Source: Eledone cirrhosa
Lineage: Eukaryota
NCBI GenBank assembly: GCA_964016885.1
Contig: CAXHJY010001499.1
Coordinates: 62,001 to 126,000, forward strand
Reading direction: 5' to 3'
Length of the DNA stretch: 64,000 nt
Positions 28,088-43,399 of the stretch are shown here, piece by piece. The notes beneath the pieces are model-generated. The model saw nothing but the letters and a program-made list of their open reading frames with translations, was not told where the DNA came from and made no database searches. A program made the translations under genes and the position numbers. Each line of letters starts with the position of its first letter. Position 1 is the stretch's first letter.

Positions 28088-28589
28088 ATGGCTAACCAGC
28101 AAAAATCCAAACAGAACTGGTCTGATAATGAAATCGACATTCTAATAAACACATGGCATTGCCTTACCCAAACAGAAGACATAGATGCTTCATGTCTGAA
28201 CGAAATTGCTAAACGTACAGTTCACCATTTGAAAACCCGATCTGAACAACAGATTCAAAATAAATTAAAGCAAATCGAAGTTGCTTTTAAATTAATCAAT
28301 AAACATTTGGATAAACTACGGTGTGTTTTTTCTTCGGACGCTATCCAGCAGCAGCAACAGCAGCAACAACAACAACAACAGCAACAGCAGCAACAACAAC
28401 AACAACAACAGCAACAACAACAACGACAACAACAACAACAGTGAGAACCACTCCTTGATTCATCAACAATGGCCGATCTACTAAGTGAAACTATTGACCT
28501 CCCAGTAGTCACTGTCTCACACCAGGAAACGCCTCTTCCTTTCTCTTCCACAGCAGTCCAATCATCACCACTGCCAACATTTCCTCTGC

Positions 28590-28656
<67 letters not shown>

Positions 28657-29282
28657 ATTTTTGCCTACTGCTATCTCAGGGAATGTACCTTCAAATACCA
28701 GCACAAGAACTCTCCCTCCCACAGCCCACAAAGGTCGTCAAATCAATCCTACTCAAACCATCATCTACACCTCTCACAAGACACACACACACATACACAC
28801 CCACTCGAAAGCCCATCATTTGCTGCTACTCTCTACGCTATAGAATATGTACGGATAGTGGCTGCAAATTCACCCATTTACCTAGGACAAAACGGTCTAT
28901 CCCCACAAACAGCCACCACCATAATACATACTCTAATTTAACACCAACACAACCGCCAATAACTCAAACAAGGAATCCACAAATCTGCCGCTTTTCCCTG
29001 CGAGACAGATTGTGTTTACACCGGGATTGTCCCTTTACCCATCTCCCGGGGACCCGTCGGACAAATGAAAATAAAAATAAAAATAAAAGCAAAAACAAAA
29101 ACCATAACCTACATAAAAATAACCACTACCACAGTCACCAACAGTCTCCTAAACAGGAAACTTCTTCCTCTTTTTTAGCCTTAATGAATCTGGCAAAAGA
29201 ACTGGAAAAAAACATTCGAGCTATCACCCAGCACCACCCTCCACTATCACCCCACTGCACAAACTCCCATTGCTGCCATTAA
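28088..29282 (+). pseudogene. LINE ORF1: Myb/SANT-like trihelix domain, polyQ, polyT, two CCCH zinc fingers; one stop and one frameshift
   Basis: NWSDNEIDILINTW...RSEQQIQNKLKQI; ICCYSLRYRICTDSGCKFTHL; ICRFSLRDRLCLHRDCPFTHL. Confidence 0.7.
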
Positions 29283-30165
29283 CAAACAAACAAATTAACA
29301 ACACACCAAAACAATTAAAACCATCCACTCTCGCCTCAACATTTTTGCTTAACGCCCAAGGCATCAGCCCTTCCACCAATACTCAAAAATGGAAGATCAA
29401 ATTCCTGGAGGACTGGGTTGATGTCCATCCAAACCACATCCCTTTCTTCGTGCTCACTGAAACACATCTCAGTAACCTCCACTTGAAAGCCGAGGTGAAA
29501 GTGAAAAATTTCAAAGCCATCCGTGCTGATCGCGCTGGCAGAAGAAAGGGTGGGAGTGCCATTTATGTCCATAATTCTTTCTCAACAGAGGCTATGAACA
29601 TATTTACTAATGGATACTGCGAAGCAGTCACTGTATTCAGTCAAACCAACAACCTAATAGTAGTTGGGCTCTATAGGCCACCCCAAACGCCTGTACCATG
29701 CTTCAAGGAATGTCTCAACAGCATAAAGTGTTTCATCCAAGAGTGTCACCCTGACAACATCTTAATGATGGGGGACTTCAACCTCCCCGGAATTGACTGG
29801 TCCACAAACAGCCTGCCACCAGGTTCTTCTGCCTCAACCTCTGACAGGGAAGCAGTGGAATCGCTTCTTGACTTCATGGATGATTTCTTCCTGTCCCAAC
29901 TGGTGCTCGAACCAACGAGGTGCCACAAATACGTCCTAGACTTAATTTTCAGCAATCACACTGACAATATCCACAATATTGCAGTGGAGAAAACTCTACT
30001 CTCTGATCATGACATGGTTCTCTGTGATCTGAGATTCCACCGCCCAATGTCATCTCTCCTGTCCATCCGTTTGACGCTATGGATTTCCACAATGCAAACT
30101 GGGAAGCGATCAGTCATGATCTTGCACATGTCGACTGGTCCTTCACGCACACTCATACACCCACT
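29270..30165 (+). pseudogene. LINE ORF2 N-terminal apurinic-like endonuclease, truncated before the RT
   Basis: LLNAQG, LTETHL, RADR..RKGGGSAIYV, GLYRPP, MGDFN, PTR..VLDLIF, LSDH. Confidence 0.92.
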
Positions 30166-30169
30166 AACA

Positions 30170-30779
30170 ATTTTAGTAAGTAATTCAATTAGATGGAGTG
30201 AAATTTTAGTAAGTAATTCAATTTTTATAACTTTCTTATTTACGTCTTTCATATAATTGTTCTGCATCCCCCTGCATAGAACCACAAAGTTACTAAGACA
30301 AAACATATATATTTGCTAGCATAGGTATGCATCTGTATACATATGTCGGTAGATATATTAATTCATTATAATTATCTCCAAATTATTTGTTGAGCAAAAT
30401 TTGCCGAAATTACTACTGTGACTGATAGTAGTGGCTAGGCTCTGTCTTAATAGCACCCCCACTCCTAACTGATTAACCTCGGTGTCACGTGATTGATTCT
30501 TTTGAATTTGCCACTTGACCAAGTAGGCAGTGAATTTTTCAATGTCTTGGAATCTAGCCCCGCTCGATATTTTCCATCCACCGAAATATTTTTATATAAG
30601 TTCCCAGTGTCCCCGCATTGCCTGGAAGTTTAGCTGAGAATAGACTCCCTGATGACGTAAGGCTTCTCGATAGTTATATTACGTAACTATATGTACCCCT
30701 TACAGAAACTAGTTAGTTGGAGTGAAATTTTAGTAAGTAAGTCAATTTTCATAACTTTCTTATTTACGTCTTCCATATA

Positions 30780-30780
<1 letters not shown>
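30170..30780 (+). mobile_element. Retrozyme-like non-coding element: 524-nt unit with a ~60-bp terminal direct repeat
   Basis: 30195-30255 is repeated at 30719-30780; HHR immediately before the second repeat. Confidence 0.75.
30644..30723 (+). ncRNA. Type I hammerhead ribozyme
   Basis: ACTCC-CTGATGA-stem II (GTAAGG/CCTTAC with an inner hairpin)-GAAA-CTA(GT)TAG-TT-GGAGT. Confidence 0.85.
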
Positions 30781-31807
<1,027 letters not shown>

Positions 31808-31808
<1 letters not shown>

Positions 31809-32001
31809 AGGAACGAGTAGGACACCGACGGCTGAGCTCAAGCCGTTTCGACGTTTAGTCCAGAATTAGCCGTCGAAACGGCTTTAGCTCAGCCGTCGGG
31901 GTCCTACTCGTTCCTATTACCCACTCTACTACCCTAAGTATTGTGTACTTTTGTGCGTTATGGTCCACTTGGTTCCTTACCACATTTCCTTCGTTACGTA
32001 A
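31808..32001 (+). mobile_element. Short PLE pLTR end with an inverted 5' piece
   Basis: Same family and structure as 14484-14688. Confidence 0.85.
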
Positions 32002-32020
32002 TATATATATATGTACTTAA

Positions 32021-32159
<139 letters not shown>

Positions 32160-32346
32160 GATATAGGCATACGTCAAGACGGGCGGTCTCAAAAGTGAAA
32201 CTAATTTTTGACAGTTACGACTGTGAATTTGTTTGTTTTCTTACAACAGGTCTCAATAGTGAAAGTATAATGCAGACACACGCAATTGTATGGATTTCTT
32301 AATATATATAAATACATGGAACTCTTTTAAACATCTTTTGATCTTA

Positions 32347-32439
<93 letters not shown>

Positions 32440-32454
32440 GTATATATATATATG

Positions 32455-32486
<32 letters not shown>

Positions 32487-32593
32487 TATACACATTATGT
32501 ATTTATATTTATATATATATGTAAATATATATATATGTATATAAATATATATATATACATTATGTATATATATTTATATATATATATATATAT

Positions 32594-32624
<31 letters not shown>

Positions 32625-32711
32625 CATAATTATATATATATATATATACGTTATGTATATATATATATATATATATATACATTATGTATATATATATATA
32701 TATATATACAT

Positions 32712-32752
<41 letters not shown>

Positions 32753-32777
32753 TATGTATATATATATGTATATACAT

Positions 32778-32824
<47 letters not shown>

Positions 32825-32859
32825 TATGTATATATATATATATATATATATATAATGTA

Positions 32860-34790
32860 TATATGTAAACAAACCACGCACATATAAATATGTGTGTGTG
32901 TGTAAGCGTGTATACAAATAAATAAATAATTATATAAACGTATATAAATAAATAAATACGTATATAACAAGCACACACACATACCTACATGTAAATACAC
33001 GAATGTTCGGAGACGTAAGTCAACCAAAATATGAAGTTCACATAACACGCGCCCTACATACGTACGAACCTGCAAACTCACACAGACGCAAAACTCCCGT
33101 ATACACATAGCCGAAGCATATGTACCAGAATATATTAAAAAAATTATACGCCATAACAATCAAATATACGTACGAGAAGGTATACGTACCTTCACAAAAC
33201 ATACGGATAATATATACTTACCTATGCAAATAAGTAAAGCTATAAACAAAACATATACTTAGCTCCCACATCGAGACGTAAAATATCCACGTATAGATCG
33301 TACTATCCGTTAGGGTATAACGTGGGGCTGTAATACAGGATAGTTTTGTGCAATTTATGTTTACAAGCCGAAATTGTCTCAGATTTTTTGTTTAAAATGA
33401 GGTCTGTGGCGTAGAGAATTTTCAGGGCCTCAGCGGCGCAGAGTTTACATGGTCTTTTATTTCCGTTATACGATCTAGCCCTAGCTAGGATCTCCCAGTG
33501 TAACTAATATTGGGTGTGGTTGTCTTTTAGACTCCAGATATAAGCCGAAAGTGACGTCATATTCCTTCTTAGAGGGTAACGAAAAGAATGGGTATGCATG
33601 TAAAGACGTTGCTTGAATCTGTTGGCAGTTAACCCTATGTAGGCCCTACGGGACGTGGGTGTTACAACATTACATTTGTAGACAATGTTACTAGAGAGGC
33701 ATTTCCCGGATAGGGGGCAAACCACCCGATTCCTACAATTACAGTTAGTACTAACTACAGGGTTGCATGTATTCCTACGGCTAGGTAGTCTAGCTAAATT
33801 TGAAGCATTGATGTTATGTGCAAGGTTAGGAGTCGTAGAGTAAGAAATTTTAATAGTATTTCTATTAAAAATGTTACTGTCTTTATGTGTAGGGGGAAAA
33901 TGCTTCGTAATAAGGGAAAGAAAGATCTTAGCTAATGGTGTGGCCACCTCCATATTATATGGTGGGTTATACCAACAAATTCGACGGGATCTATTTCTTC
34001 TAGGTCAATTTTCGTACTCTGTATATGCTACCTTATCGACAAATCCACTTCGAGCAAGAGTTTCATTGTAATAAGTGGAATGGTCGTTGAAAATACGCTC
34101 GTTGGTGGAAAGACGGGAAAGCCTCAACGAAACGTTTCTTACCAGATTCTTGGTTATGCTGGCATGATGGTTGGAATGCTTACTTATGTAATTAAGCGTA
34201 TCATTCGGCTTTCTATACGGGTAATACAACCCATTCAATAAGTTGAGGGTAACGTCGAGGTAATTAACGACCGAGAGATTGGCCTCAACCTGTATAGAGA
34301 GGTTGAAGCCTTTAAAGAAGGCTGTGAGTTCTTTTCTGAACCTGTCGCAAGCACGAGGTCCGCACTTAGTCATGGTCAAAAGACCATCGTCACGGTACAA
34401 ACCACCGCCCGCGTTGGGGAATTCGTCCTTGATAGAGAAAAGAAGGAAAAGGCTGATAAGATCAGTAACCTCCGCAGAATCAGTGGCGCCCATACTCACG
34501 TCGAATGGGGTACTATTGGATTTTTTAATCCGAATAGAGTCGTCGAAATTAATCACCGACTTTCGGGCATTGAGCATGACATCAACTTCGAAATCCTTAA
34601 CCACTGTGAGTGTTTTAGCGAAATTGATAGCTCTAAGGAGAAGTGGTAAAGTGATGGAGGAGTAGTAATTGTTGATGTCGAATTGGATAAAACGTCAATG
34701 TTCCTTGTTACATATGCCGTTGAACCAATCAATCACGGCGAAGGAATTATTCCACAGTGCAAGAGGGGCCAAACTTCTAATTTCAGGTAT
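32860..34790 (-). mobile_element. 5'-truncated Naiad-like PLE; RT+GIY-YIG pseudogene at 33303-34790
   Basis: FIQFDINNYY, FDVSMGATDSAE, GLYRDDGL, NYLDVTL, CNCRNRVVCPLSGKC, NIVYKC..AYIGLT, CKLC. Confidence 0.92.
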
Positions 34791-34899
34791 AATTCTATTT
34801 GTTTGCGTGTATGTATTTATTTATTTCTATTACTACTGTATTGTATTTATTTACTTTGTTCTTAAATCTGTAGCGGAGATTCATTCGGTCTCCTAGTTA

Positions 34900-35330
34900 G
34901 AATTTAGTCTACGACTTCTGCTATACCATTTACGTGGTTTTGTCTTCGCGTGCTATTGTTCTCCACGGTCCACATATGACGTATTATCTTGTTTTTTTTT
35001 TCGTTCATTGCCAGAGAACGTCTCTATGCACCACCTATGAGAACATTAGTCTACGACCTCTTTTATACCATAAACGTGGTTCTGTCTTTGCGCGTATTTG
35101 TTTTTCACCGCTCCTATTAATAACGTATTATATTCGTTTTTTCCCGTTCTTAGCCAGCGAACGTATCCACGAACCAAAGTATCGTCTTTCTGTCTTCCTC
35201 CGGTTGCAACGTTTTTTGAAATATCCAGTTCTGCGTTTACAGATTGACTTTGTTAGTTTCAGAAGATCCCGTTAAGGGTGAAAGCAGCGATTCTTTGCTT
35301 AAACTTTAATCTGTTATTTTAATAAATATT
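34900..35330 (+). mobile_element. Non-coding PLE-derived element with an HHR (A4 variant) at 35255-35305
   Basis: Copy of 27155-27475 with an internal partial duplication. Confidence 0.8.
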
Positions 35331-35434
35331 TACTCTACTGTTCTTATATATTTGATATATATTTATCCTTATCGACCCCTCTTTGGATTTTAGTCTTCAA
35401 ATTTATTATTATTTCTATATATTATATATATATA

Positions 35435-35493
<59 letters not shown>

Positions 35494-35722
35494 GTATATA
35501 TATATATATTATGTATATATATATATATATTATGTATATATATATATATTATGTATATATATATATATTATGTATATATATACATATTATGTATATATAT
35601 ATATATTATGCTTATATATATATATTATATATATATATATGTATATATAAATATATATATATATATACATTATGTATATATATACATTATGTATATATAT
35701 ATATATATATACATTATGTATA

Positions 35723-35758
<36 letters not shown>

Positions 35759-36381
35759 TTAGTTAAGCAAAACAAGACCACAAATTGCACAAGGAAGACA
35801 TTATTAAAAGATTGTCAACATATTTTTGTTTGATGTAAGGAATGTAGAGAATAAAATAATAATATTAATAATAATAATGTCCGTTTACAATTGTTTCGCT
35901 ACTCCATATAATATTTCTGGATCAAATGATTATATATCATTATTGACCTGGTTCAGTTGAAAATAATTAACATATTTAAAGATAGACCGGCTCATCGGAA
36001 CTTCAAAGGAATATAAATTAAAATAAGGAAAGAATGTTACATAATGTAATGTTCCATATATTGATATTTCACTATGGTGTCCTGGGTGTATCAATTGTCT
36101 GCCATAATCAAGCAGTATTCTTCTGTTGAGGCTGCGTTGTGTGAGATCTGCCTATGGGTAACAAGTTGGCCGCCAATGGACATATTTACCTTACTAATTA
36201 GAAGGTGGTTTCAGGGGAAGTAACTCCTCGACAGATTAGAAATTGTGTATAGTTTATAGTTAAGTGCTAATTTTTTTTCATTTTTTAATTGAGAGACAAT
36301 GTAGGGGAGGTAACTTATAATTATCTAACTTAGTTATAGCTATTTAACTTATTAGCTACAAGTAAAAATGGGGCTAGATGA

Positions 36382-38867
36382 CTATGTTGGGTCAAATATT
36401 CTGTTGGCGAAGGAATTAGCCCTTCGATGTTGACAGCTAATAGTTACCTCCCTTCTATCGTTAATCGGTAGAAGTCGTGATAGAGTTATGTAATATGCTT
36501 TGGTAATACAGAGATCACAAGATATTCTTTATCCATAGAACGGTTGGGCCCTAGCTAAGATATCCCATGTTAGTGAGTGTTCAATGTTGGTTAATTTAAG
36601 GTTAATTTAATGAGCCTAGCTAGAGATGTCAAACATCTATTTCTACGGTCTCGGAAGGAAAAAGAGTGCGCGTTATAGCGTACTTTAAAAGCGTTAGAGG
36701 TTGAACCGATATAGGAGCTGGTATTCGAAGCAGTTTTAACCGTGCACCTACAGATTATGTTGGGTGTCAGGACGTGTCAATTTAGTGGGCATGCATTAGG
36801 GTAACGGCAGTTGCAGTTGCTTCTGCGGTTACTGAGAGTAGGGTAGTTTAACCTAAGCGGTTGGTCAGTGTTAGAAGGACTAAATGGGGGAAGTGTGCTA
36901 CTAGAGTAATTATTGGTGTAGTAGCGTGGTGTATTTGATAGCAGTGGTGATACCGCGGTGTGGGAGCTATACTGTCTTAGTTTATGATGGTTACTGAATG
37001 CGATGTGGCTAGCTAGGTTAGGTGTTGTGGAGAATGAGATTTTAATGTTATTTTTATTAAAGAGTTTGTAATATCTATGGTTGGGGTGGGGGGAATGTTT
37101 AGATAGGATAGAGAAGAAGCGTTTAGGGATATTAGTGGCTAGATTAGATGAGAATGGGGGGTTAAGCCAGGTGATATTCTAGGCCTATTCCTGCTAGGGG
37201 TTCTAGTGGAGTTGGTAGGGGCCTTCCTATGGTTATTATTACCTGGGCATTTGTTATTTGTCATCCCATTGCTCATTTCTAGTCTAGGGTTGATTTTTAG
37301 TTTGCTACTTGGAGTGGGGAGCAGGCCGCTGTCACCATTAAAGTTCCCTGTATAGGTGCTGTAACTGCTAAAATTCCGGCGAATCTGGCTAGATGCTAAG
37401 GTATTTCTAGTTCTAGTGTTAAGTTTATTATGGTGAATTGCTGTAAATGGATTGTTCATAACCAGATTCAGAAAGAGCCTTATTATAATATGCTGCATGG
37501 TTTATAAATATCTCCACATTTGCTGATAGCCTGGAGAACCTATACGAGATAGATTTGATTACTGTTCTGATGCCTGCCGGTGGGTGGTTAGAATGTGGGC
37601 TAACATATTTAAGTATTTCACCTGGTTTATCGTAAGGGTAATATAGGTTATTGTTAAGATCCAGGGTGACGTCTAGGAAGTTTACTACTTTATGGTTCGG
37701 CTCGATGGTGATAGAGAGACCGTTATTTTTAAAGAATCTATGTAATTGTTTTTTTAGCAAATCAATGCCCCGATTAGTGCAATTGTGGACTGCAAATAGG
37801 GCGTCGTCCCTGTATATTCCGCCTTTCAAGGGTTGAATTTCGGCTCTGACGTTATGTAATAGGTAAATTCCAACTAAATCGATGATTTGCGCAGAGTCAC
37901 TTGAGCCCATCGTGATATCAAAGATGTATGTTCTGTCTTTTCTAGTCCAGAGTGCTACGTTGAATTCAATGATTGTCTGCCTAGCCATAAGTACGATGTC
38001 AATCTCATTATTGGTTATGTCCGAGTTGGTGCTGGTTAGGGTTAATGCTTTGTTGAGCAGTTCCGGGGTTATTGAAGCGTAATAGCTGTCAATGTCAAAT
38101 TGGATGAACCTCATAGATTGCTTGGACCTTAGATTGGAGAACCATCTAATGACTTGGCCGGTGTTGGACCACAACTTGTAGGTGATATCATCCCGTAGCC
38201 CAGGGATGATCATATCAACGATCTTCTTACTGATACGACCCAGATCGGATGTGGTTGGGCTTATAAGTCTAATAGATGGGTTTTCTATAAATTTTAGCTT
38301 ATGATCTTTGAGAGAGAACCTTGGGGTTGTTGGTACATAAGGGTGGGTAAATCTATCCAGATGCAAGTCATTAACCAAGCCTGGGCTTTTCGGTTAAGTA
38401 CGTTTACACTGGAGGGTATAGTTTTTTTATAGTTTTTATTAAGTTCCTTAAGAAAGAAAGAGTTGTAAGTTTCAGGAGTCATGGTGTATAGATTTTTAGT
38501 TTTGTCACACATAACATGTAAGACGTGGCTATATTTAATTTTGTTTATAGTTGTTGCTAATTTTGTGAGGAAATTATTCTTGTGTCTAATGCTTTTTTAA
38601 TTTAATGCTCCTGACGAAGTTGAATAGATCTTTCTCAAAAGAGTCCAGCAGGATGTTATGTGGGGAGGGGTTCTTGCAGGTGGTAAATCCATATCTGTTT
38701 GCTGTACTTCCGGCGTCAGCAGCACCCGCACGGTAAAAGTGGAAGGCTTTCCATCTTATTCTTCGGATGAAAGAGTTGACACTCTGTATTAGGAGTTTGA
38801 GGTATGTCTTCCTGTCTGGGATAGGTATGGATGTAAGTAAGATCCTGAGTTCCTGCTTGCTCAACAT
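36382..38867 (-). pseudogene. PLE RT+GIY-YIG, disrupted
   Basis: SIPIP, CDKTKNLY, LKDHK, FIQFDIDSYY, GIYRDDAL, NFLDVTL, CNCRYPNACPL, SYIGST, CDLC. Confidence 0.92.
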
Positions 38868-39224
38868 GGTTACTTCTAACAGTTAATAGCTCAACTACGG
38901 GAGCTCAAGTATACACAGTTCAAGAGTAACTAATCTTAAAGAGAGAGATGGAGATAGGAGAGGAGATAGGAGATGAGAGATTGGTGAGTTAGTTAGAAGC
39001 CAAAGTCTAAAGGCATGTGCTCAATGTGCAATATGCAGTGGAAAGCAGCTAGGTGGCTGGGTTCATGCAGAAGTTAGGCGCGCAGAGGTGGAAATATTCA
39101 TTAGTTAAGCAAAACAAGACCACAAATTTCACAAGGAAGACATTATTAAAAGATTGTCAACATATTTTAGTTTGATGTAAGGAATGTAGAGAATAAAGTA
39201 ATAATATTAATAATAATAATGTCC

Positions 39225-39343
39225 GTTTACAATTGTTTCGCTACTCTATATAATATTTCTGGATCAAATGATTATATATCATTATTGACCTGGTTCAGTT
39301 GAAAATAATTAACATATTTAAAGATAGACCGGCTCATCGGAAC
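39225..39343 (-). ncRNA. Hammerhead ribozyme (C4 variant, long stem II) in the pLTR; second copy at 35883-36001
   Basis: Minus strand GTT-CCGATGA-GC..TCTAT...ATAGA..GC-GAAA-CAATTG (palindrome)-TA-AAC. Confidence 0.65.
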
Positions 39344-39984
39344 TTCAAAGGAATATAAATTAAAATAAGGAAAGAATGTTACATAATGTAATGTTCCATA
39401 TATTGATATTTCACTATGGTGTCCTGGGTGTATCAATTGTCTGCCATAATCAGGCAGTATTCTTCTGTCGAGGCTGCATTGTGTGAGATTTGTCTATGGG
39501 TAACAAGATGGCCGCCAATGGACATATTTGCCTTACTAATTAGAGGGTGGTTTCAGGGGAAGTAACTCCTCGAGAGATTAGAATTTGTGGGTAGTTTATA
39601 GTTAAGTGGACTTGTTTTGCTTAACTAATGAATATTTCCAGCTCTGCACGCCTAACTTCTGCATGAACCCAGCCACCTAGATGCTTACCACTGCATATTG
39701 CAAAGGTTGTCTGTCGGAAATATGTAGGGACACTGAAATCTCTCCAAGGTAATTCTCTCTCGTGTTGTTATTTTATTTTATCCTTTATGCTCTTTCCTTT
39801 ATTCCTCTACATGTCTTATACACGCCACGCATCTCAACATACACACACTTATATCTCTCTCTCCACCACCGGACCTTGTTACCCGGAGATTTACCCATTT
39901 GCATTGTCGACGTTTCCAAAGGACCTAAAAAAATTGATCTTATTATTCCACAATGCTTCAAGCAAACTTCAATACTCTCTTTTA

Positions 39985-41550
<1,566 letters not shown>

Positions 41551-41707
41551 CAAAACAGCCTCCAAAAGTAATGGTTGTATTTTGTGTGATGAAGGCATAC
41601 CATAATTTAATGTGGTATCCCTGAAATAAATATGGTTTTATAAATATATTTTCCATTTATTAAAATCGTATATTATGTATATATATATATATATATTATG
41701 TATATAT

Positions 41708-42208
41708 AAGATAGTTGGCATGACAGGCTTGACTATTGGGGTCGTTTAGAAAAGCTCAAACTTTATTATCTTCAAAGTCGCCGTGAGCGCTACATTATCT
41801 GTATGATGTGGAAAATATTCCATAAGCTTAGCCCAAATGATGTTGGCATCACCTTTAGTGTACACGCAGTGCTATCCGCCCACGACAAAAATCCCACTCG
41901 CATCACATAACAACAATACGGCAAAATTATTTCACCTCAATTGGCCCTGCACTCTTTAATATTACACCAAAACACATCAAAGCAGAGACAGACCCCATCA
42001 AGTTCAAGAAGTCTTTCGATAAATTCCTTCAAGAAATCCCAGATAAGCCTCCTACACCCGGATATGCCTCCGTAAACAATAACTCTCTTCTCGAGTGGGC
42101 CATGGTGCCCAAACACTGATGTGTAAGACTTCGCCAGGTGGGGCTATTAAGTTAGACATGGCCTGGGCCAATACTGGCCGAAACCTATCAAAGTTATCAA
42201 AATAAAGT
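41708..42208 (+). mobile_element. 3' end of a CR1-like LINE
   Basis: LDYWGRLEKLKLYYLQSRRERYIICMMWKI, GPALFN, FDKFLQEIPDKP; short tandem tail. Confidence 0.85.
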
Positions 42209-42248
42209 TATATATTATGTATATATCTATCTATATATATATATATAT

Positions 42249-42310
<62 letters not shown>

Positions 42311-42701
42311 TATGTATATATATATTTTCATAAATTTTCATAACTGCAATTCTGTGTTTCTCTCTTTCTCTCTTACTGCTCCCTCGTTCTCTCTGTTTCT
42401 CTTACTTTCTTTCGTCCCCTCTGCCATGTCAGTTAACTCTTTCTCTCTACTGACCTCTTCCTCGCATTCACACTCACTCAGTCCCTGTTTCTCCCCTTCT
42501 TTCTTCCTCCCGTTCACTGGGAAAACGGTTTTCATTCTTTCTAACACCGGATTCACTAGCGAAAGGTCTGTTTTCTGACTCGCTCATATAGTCACACAGC
42601 TTATGCTGAAAGAATAACTATGTTGCTTGTGTTTATTTCCATCTTCGGTTAGCTTTCCCCTGTGTTGTTTACTTGTCTCACTCGCTTTACGCGTTTCTAT
42701 T

Positions 42702-42803
42702 GTCCTAATAACTTATTTTAGTTATTATCGCTCCAACGTGAGGTATATGATTTTTAATGCGATGAAATACCCATGATCGTTTGGTAAATCACTGATGAGG
42801 GAC
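42702..42803 (+). ncRNA. Candidate rearranged (non-circularly permuted) hammerhead ribozyme
   Basis: GAAA plus stem III strand lie inside loop I, upstream of CTGATGA; covaries with 49578-49681. Confidence 0.6.
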
Positions 42804-42857
42804 TCATTTTATAACATGTTATCCATGTGCAACCAGCAGTATTCTTCTCACCCATAT

Positions 42858-42936
<79 letters not shown>

Positions 42937-43219
42937 ATATACGGTTGGATAATACTTGTTTCCTATATGTATTTCTTACACGTAGGAATTCATACTTTAT
43001 TATTATTGATCTCCCCCTACGGTAGATATACATTTTGGCCGTTTGGACTAATGCTACTTCCAGTGGCAGGACATTGACATTTACACCTTGCCTTTTGTCT
43101 TTGCCAACGCTACCAGACAGAACTATTTCTCTCATCATCTCCTCTCATTTGGGAATGGTTTTGTATGGCGTCAGTTTGTGATTTGAACTCTGGAATTTTA
43201 TATTCTCCGAGTGAGAAGA

Positions 43220-43301
43220 GCCTTCTGAAGATTGCTCCCTTCTCAATAGAAATTCGCTTGGATTTTCCGTTTATTCTGCAGCATGAAACCGCGGTAAAGG
43301 C
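43220..43301 (+). ncRNA. Minimal type I hammerhead ribozyme in a non-coding element (~42930-43380)
   Basis: GCCTT-CTGAAGA-TTGCT...AGCAT-GAAA-CCGCGG (palindrome)-TA-AAGGC. Confidence 0.85.
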
Positions 43302-43399
43302 ACACATAGTAAGTACAGTGAATTTTTTTTTTATTTATTTTAAAACTTTTTCTCTATTTGCTGTACCTTTATGATTTTATATATATATATATATTTATA

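Larger units (their letters stand above)
27555..30170 (+). mobile_element. 5' half of a CR1-like LINE (5' UTR, ORF1, APE endonuclease)
   Basis: ORF1 and ORF2 motifs listed in the next two features. Confidence 0.8.
35752..39702 (-). mobile_element. Full-length decayed Naiad-like PLE with direct pLTRs (35752-36266, 39094-39608) and an inverted 5' piece (39611-39702)
   Basis: Repeats directly visible; ORF remnants between them. Confidence 0.93.

Noticed and set aside
28442-28444. TGA after polyQ in LINE ORF1 as programmed readthrough
   Set aside because: The copy is otherwise decayed (frameshift, truncation); a point mutation is the simpler explanation
42740-42800. Alternative readings of the 42.7/49.6 kb motif as SECIS, twister or HDV-like ribozyme
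   Set aside because: Required motifs (SECIS quartet spacing, twister GU..AAGC loop, HDV P3/L3) are not conserved in both copies, whereas all hammerhead core nucleotides are
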